Origin: the human T2T-CHM13v2.0 reference genome, Homo sapiens
Strand: one strand, 5' to 3'
Length of the DNA stretch: 64,000 bases
Assembly: GCF_009914755.1 (NCBI RefSeq)
Contig: NC_060933.1
Within the stretch, counting starts at the first letter, position 1, and every line of letters begins with the position of its first letter. The position numbers and the translations under genes were made by a program. Shown in pieces: positions 55,567 through 64,000 of this stretch. Under the pieces are notes generated by a model. The model was not told the DNA's origin and made no database searches. It saw only the letters and a list, made by a program, of their open reading frames with translations.

Positions 55567-55845
55567 AGCCAGCCACAATGGCTCATGCTTGTAATCCCAG
55601 CATTTTGGAAGGCTGAGATGGGTGGACTGCTTGAGCTCAAGAATTTGAAACCTGCTTGGGCATCATGGCAAAACTCCGTCTCTACTAAAAATACAAAAAA
55701 AAAAAGTTGGGCATGGTGGTACGTGCCTGTAGTCCCAGCTACTCAGTGCTAAGTTGGGAGAATTGCTTGAGCCCAGGTCAGTCGAGGTTGCAGTGAGCCA
55801 TGATAGTGCTACTGCATTTCAACCTAGGCCACAGAGCAAGATGCT
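55567..55845 (+). mobile_element. AluJ
   Basis: Diverged Alu running into a purine-rich tail. Confidence 0.85.
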
Positions 55846-55846
55846 G

Positions 55847-56043
55847 AGGAAAGGAAAAGAGAGGGGAGGGGAGAGGAGGGGAGAGGAGAGGAGGGGAGAG
55901 GAGAGGGGAGGCGGGGGAGGTGAGGGGAGAGGGGAGGGGAGAGGAGACAGGAGGGGAGGGGAGGGGAGAGGAGACGGGACGGGAGGGGAGAGGAGACGGG
56001 AGGGGAGGGGAGGGGAGGGGAAGGAAAGGAAAGGAAAAGAAAA
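55847..56043. repeat. (GGGGA/GGAGA)n polypurine tract
   Basis: Seen directly. Confidence 0.9.
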
Positions 56044-58909
56044 CAGTTTAGATAGAGTGTAAAAACAGGCTTGGTAAGAAATATGATAATCCCGAGTGAA
56101 TATTATTAGACTTGACAGTGGAAGTAGAGATAAAAGCATTTTGGGAGGTGATTCGGAAATACCTATCAAAATATCAGGATTCTACTTCTAGGAATTAATG
56201 CCACAAGTGAAGAAAAGCTTAAATATTTTATTGAAACATTATTTGTAATACTGAAAAATTCAAACCAATGTAAATGTCTCATCTATTGGTAATGAACTAA
56301 ATTATGTACATTTATGCAATTGAATATAATGCAGCAGTTAAAAAGAATAAGGTTGATCAATATATAGTGATACAAAAAGCTGGCTACAATATATTGCAGT
56401 TTTTTAAAAAGGGCCAGGTGTAGATCAGTATTTTAATATGCAAATTACTGTGTAAAATTTATTTTGGCTTAAAAATTATGCTTCATGTTCTAACACAATG
56501 CAGGGAAGCTAACAGCCTTGAAAAAAGGTTAGACAATTTGCTAACTAGAATAACCAGTGTAGAGAACATAAATGACCTGATGGAGCTGAAAAACACAACA
56601 CAAGAACATGAAGCAAGTGTCAATAGCCGAATCGATCAAGTGGAAGAAAGGATATCAGTGATTGAAGATCAACTTAATGAAATAAAGCAAGAAGACAAGA
56701 TTGGAGAAAAAAGAATAAAAAGGAATGAACAAAGCTTCCAAGAAATATGGGACTATGTGAAAAGACCAAACCTATGCTTGACTGATGTACCTGAAAGTGA
56801 TGGGGACAATGGAACCAAGTTGGAAAACACTCTCCAGGATATTATCCAGGAGAACTTTCCCAACCTAGCAAGACAGGCCAACATTCAAATTCAGGAAATA
56901 CAGAGAACACCACAAAGATATTCCTCGAGAAGAGCAACCCCAAGACACATAATCATCAGATTCGCCAAGGTTGAAATGATGAAAAAAATGTTAAGGACAG
57001 CCAGAGAGAAAGGTCGGGTTACCCACAAAGGGAACCCCATCAGACTAACAGCAGATCTCTCAGCGGAAACCCTACAATCCAGAAGAGAGTGGGGGCCAAT
57101 ATTTAACCTTCTTAAAAAACTTTCAATCCAGGATTTCATATCCAGCCAAACTAAGCTTCGTAAGTGAAGGAGAAATAAAATCCTTTACAGACAAGCAAAT
57201 GCTGAGAGACTTCGCCACCACCAGGCTTGCCCTACAAGAGCTCCTGAAGGAAGCACTAAACATGGAAAGGAACAACTGGTACCGTTCACTGCAAAAACAT
57301 ACCAAATTGTAAAGTCCATCGACACTATGAAGAAACTGCAACAGCTAATGGGCAAAACAACCAGCTAGCATCATAATGACAGGATTAAATTCACACATAA
57401 CGATATTAACCTTAAATGCAAATGGGCTAAATGCCCCAATTAAAAGACACAGACTGGCAAATTGGATAAAGAGTCAAGACCCATCAGTGTGCTGTATTCA
57501 GGAGACCCATCTCACGTGCAAAGACACACACATGCTCAAAAAAAAGGGATGGAGGAATATTTACCAAGCAAATGGAAAGCACAAAAAAAGCAGGAGTTGC
57601 AATCCTTATCTCTGCTAAAACAGACTTTAAACCAACAAAGATCAAAAGAGACAAAGAAGGGCATTACATAATGGTAAAGGGATCAATGCAACAAGAAGGG
57701 CTAACTATCCTAAATATATACGCACCCAATACAGGAGCACCCAAATTCATAAAGTGGGTTCTTAGAGACCTACAAAGAGACTCCCACACAATACCAGTGG
57801 GAGACTTTAACACACCACTGTCATTATTAGACAGATCAATGAGACAGAAAATTAACAAGGATATTCAGGACTTGAACTCAGCTCTGGACCAAGTGGACCA
57901 AATAGACATCTATAGAACTCTCCAACCCAAATCAACAGAATATACATTCTTCTCAGCACCTCATTTCACTTATTCTAAAATTGACCACAAAATTGGAAGT
58001 AAAACACTCCTCAGCAAATGCAAAAGAACGGAAATCATAACAAACAGTCTCTCGGACCACAGTGCAATCAAATTAGAACTCAGGACTAAGAAACTCACTC
58101 AAAACTGAACAACTACATGGAAACCGAACAACCTGCTCCTGAATGACTACTGGGTAAATAACGAAATGATGGTAGAAATAAAGATGTCCTTTGAAACCAA
58201 TGAGAACAAAGACAAACTGTACTAGAATCTCTGGGACCCATTTAAACCAATGTGTAGAGAGAAATTTATAGCCCTAAATGCCCACAACAGAAAGCAGGAA
58301 AGATCTAAAATTGACACCCTAACATCAAAATTAAAAAAACTAGAGAAGCAAGAGCAAACAAATTCAAAAGCTAGCAGAAGACAAGAAATAACTAAGATCA
58401 GAGCAGAACTGAAGGAGATAGAAACAAAAAAAAAAACCTTCAAAAAATCAATGAATCCAGGAGCTGGTTTTTTGAAAAGATCAACAAAATAGATAGACCA
58501 CTAGCCAGACTAATAAGAAAAGAGAGAAGAATCAAATAGATGCAATCAAAAATGATATATGGGTTATCACCACTGATCCCACAGAAATACAAACTACCAT
58601 CAGAGAATACTATAAACACCTCTATGCAAATAAACTAGAAAACCTACAAGAAATGGATAAATTCCTGGACACATACACCCTCCCAAGTCTAAATCAGGAA
58701 GAAGTCAAATCCCTGAATAGACGAATAACAAGTTCTGAAATTGAGGCAGTAATTAATAGCCTACCAACCAAAAAAGTCCAGGACCAGACAGATTCACAGT
58801 TGAATTCTACCAGAGGTACAAAGAAGAGTTGGTATCATTCCTTCTGAAACTACTCCAAAAATAGAAAAAGAGGGAATCCTCACTAACTCATTTTATGAGG
58901 CCAGCATGA

Positions 58910-59014
<105 letters not shown>

Positions 59015-59584
59015 TGAATCCAGCAGCACATCAAAAAGCTTATCCACCACTATCAGGCCAGCTTCATCCCTGGGATGATGCTACCTGACTTCAAACATAT
59101 GCAAATCAATAAATGCAATCCATCACATAAGCGGAACCAATGACAAAAACCACATGATTATCTCAATAGATGCAGAAAAGGCCTTCGACAAAATTCAACA
59201 CCCCTTCATGCTAAAAACTCTCAATAAACTAGGTATTGATGGAATGTATCTCAAAATAATAAGAGTTATTTATGACAAACCCACAGCCAATATCATACTG
59301 AATGGGCAAAAACTGGAAGCATTCCTTCTGAAAGCTGGCACAAGACAAGGATGCCTTCTTTCACCACTTCTATTCAACATAGTATTGGAAGTTCTGGCCA
59401 GGGCAATCAGGCAAGAGAAAGAAATAAAGGTTTTCAAATAGGGACAGAGGAAGTCAAACTGTGTCTGTTTGCAGATGACATGATTGTATATTTAGAAAAC
59501 CCCATCATCTCAGCCCAAAATCTCCTTAAGCTGATAAGCGACTTCAGCAAAGTCTCAAGATAAAAAATCAATGTGCAAAAATGA

Positions 59585-59911
<327 letters not shown>

Positions 59912-60629
59912 TGAAACCAAAACAGAGTCCGCATAGCCAAGACAATCCTAAGTAAAAAGAACAAAGCTGAAGGCATCATGCTACCTGACTTCAAACTATA
60001 TATACTACAAGCCTACAATAACCAAAACAGCATGGTACTGGTACCAAAATAGATATATAGACCAATGGAACAGAACAGGGGCCTCAGAAATAACACCACA
60101 CATCTACAACCATTTGATCTTTAACAAACCTGACACAAACAAGCAATGGGGAAAAGATTCCCTATGTAATGGATGGTGTTGGGAAAACTGGCTAGCCATA
60201 TGCAGAAAACTGAAACTGGATCCCTTCCTTACACCTTATACAAAAATCAACTCAAGATGTATTAAAGACTTAAACTTAAGACCTAAAATCATGAAAATCC
60301 TAGAAGAAAACCTGGGCAATACCATTCAGGACATAGGCATGGGCAAAGACTTCATGACTAAAACACTAAAAGCAATGGCAACAAAAGCCAAAATGGACAA
60401 ATGGGATCTAATTAAACTAAAGAGCTTCTGCACAGCAAAAGAAACTATCATCAGAGTGAATAGGCAACCTACAGAATGGGAGAAAATTTTTGCAATCTAT
60501 CCATCTGACAAAGGTCTAATATCCAAAATCTACAAAGAACTTAAACAAATTTACAAGAAAAAAATGAACAACCCCATCAAAAAGTGGGCAAAGGATATGA
60601 ACAGACACTTCTTATAAGAAGACATTTAT

Positions 60630-62615
<1,986 letters not shown>

Positions 62616-64000
62616 AAGAAGACATTTATGCAACCAACAAACATATGAAAAAATGCTTATCATCACTGGTCATCAGAGAAATGCAAATCAAAACCACAAT
62701 GAGATACCATCTCACACCAGTTAGAATGGCATTCATTAAAATGTCAGGAAACAACAGATGCTGGAGAGGATGTGGAGAAATAGGAATGCTTTTACACTGT
62801 TGGTGGGAGTGTAAATTAGTTCAACCATTGTGGAAGACAGTGTGGCGATTCCTCAAGGATGTAGAACTAGAAATGCCATTTGACCCAGCAATCCCATTAC
62901 TGGGTATAGACTCAAAGGATTATAAATCATTCTACTATAAAGACACATGCACATGTATGTTTATTGCAGCACTATTCACAACAGTAAAGACTCGGAACCA
63001 ACCCAAATGCCCATCAATGATAGACTGGATTAAGAAAATGTGGCACATATACACCATGGAATACTGTGCAGCCATAAAAAAGGATGAGTTCATGTCCTTT
63101 GCAGGGACATGGATGAAGCTGGAAACCATCATTCTCAGTAAACTATCACAAGAACAGAAAACCTAACACCACATGTTCTCATTCATAAGTGGGAGATGAA
63201 CAAGGAGAACACATGGACACAGAGAGGCGAATATCACACACCGGGGCCTGTCACGGAGTGGGGGACTAGGGGAGGGATAGCATTAGGAGAAATACATAAT
63301 GTAGGTGATGGGTTGATGGGTGCAGCAAACCACCACAGCACATGTATACCTATGTAACAAAACTTCATGCTCTGCACATGTACCCCAGAACTTAAGTATA
63401 ATAAAAAAAAAGAAAAAAAATTATGCTTCACAGGTGTGCTCACGAATACAGAGAAAACAGTATGACCAAACATGAGACAATATATTAATAAAGGTTATCT
63501 CTGGGGACTAGAATTGTCAAATGCAGAAAATGAACTTTCATTTTCTACTTTGTACTTACAGGTATACATATATGTATAAGCACACACACAATATTTTCAC
63601 AGGACCATGAATACAGCTATGAAAATAGAGAAATTCTAATGAATCCAATCATCATTTAAGTAAATAGAGCAACAAACTGTTACCAAAAGGCCCAGATTCT
63701 AGTTCCTGGACAGCTGAGTAACTTTAGATAAGTCACCTTTAAATATTAAGTATCTATCAGCATCCTTGACAACTATATGATATATTCTACAGCTTATAAT
63801 AAAGATACATAAGCAAAGAAACATTTAAATATTTTCCAAAGCACTATAAACTTTGAAAGCCTCATACATAATTTCAAATCGGTGATTTTAGCATAAGTGA
63901 TTATAAATTATACCGTCAAATTATGTTGTAATGTAGATCTTAATGCCAAAAATTACCTAGAGGTTACTATTGAAAATGTAACTAATTATGTGATATAGAA

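Overview
Primate (almost certainly human) genomic DNA, AT-rich and dense in repeats. The window is an old, intron-containing duplicate of the convergent HPF1 (C4orf27) / CLCN3 gene pair. An HPF1 copy (exons 2-8, + strand, 3019-25563) has all splice sites canonical and only one clear lesion, a 4-nt deletion in exon 3. A CLCN3 copy (- strand, four recognisable exons, 39990-53866) is heavily disabled by stops, a frameshift, two dead splice sites and missing exons. From memory this fits the LOC389705 / CLCN3P1 / PSIP1P1 locus on 9p22.3; I could not check this by alignment. Three large + strand L1PA elements occupy about 16 kb. The last holds an AluY, which in turn holds a processed PSIP1 (LEDGF/p52 isoform) retrocopy, each layer with its own target-site duplication. 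Other notable signals: a 218-codon spliced HPF1 C-terminal ORF keeping the catalytic residues, shared non-consensus variants between neighbouring L1s (possible ectopic gene conversion), and several fold-back or template-switch rearrangements. No intact conventional protein-coding gene, RNA gene or CRISPR array was found. All comparisons with parent genes and repeat consensuses are from memory.
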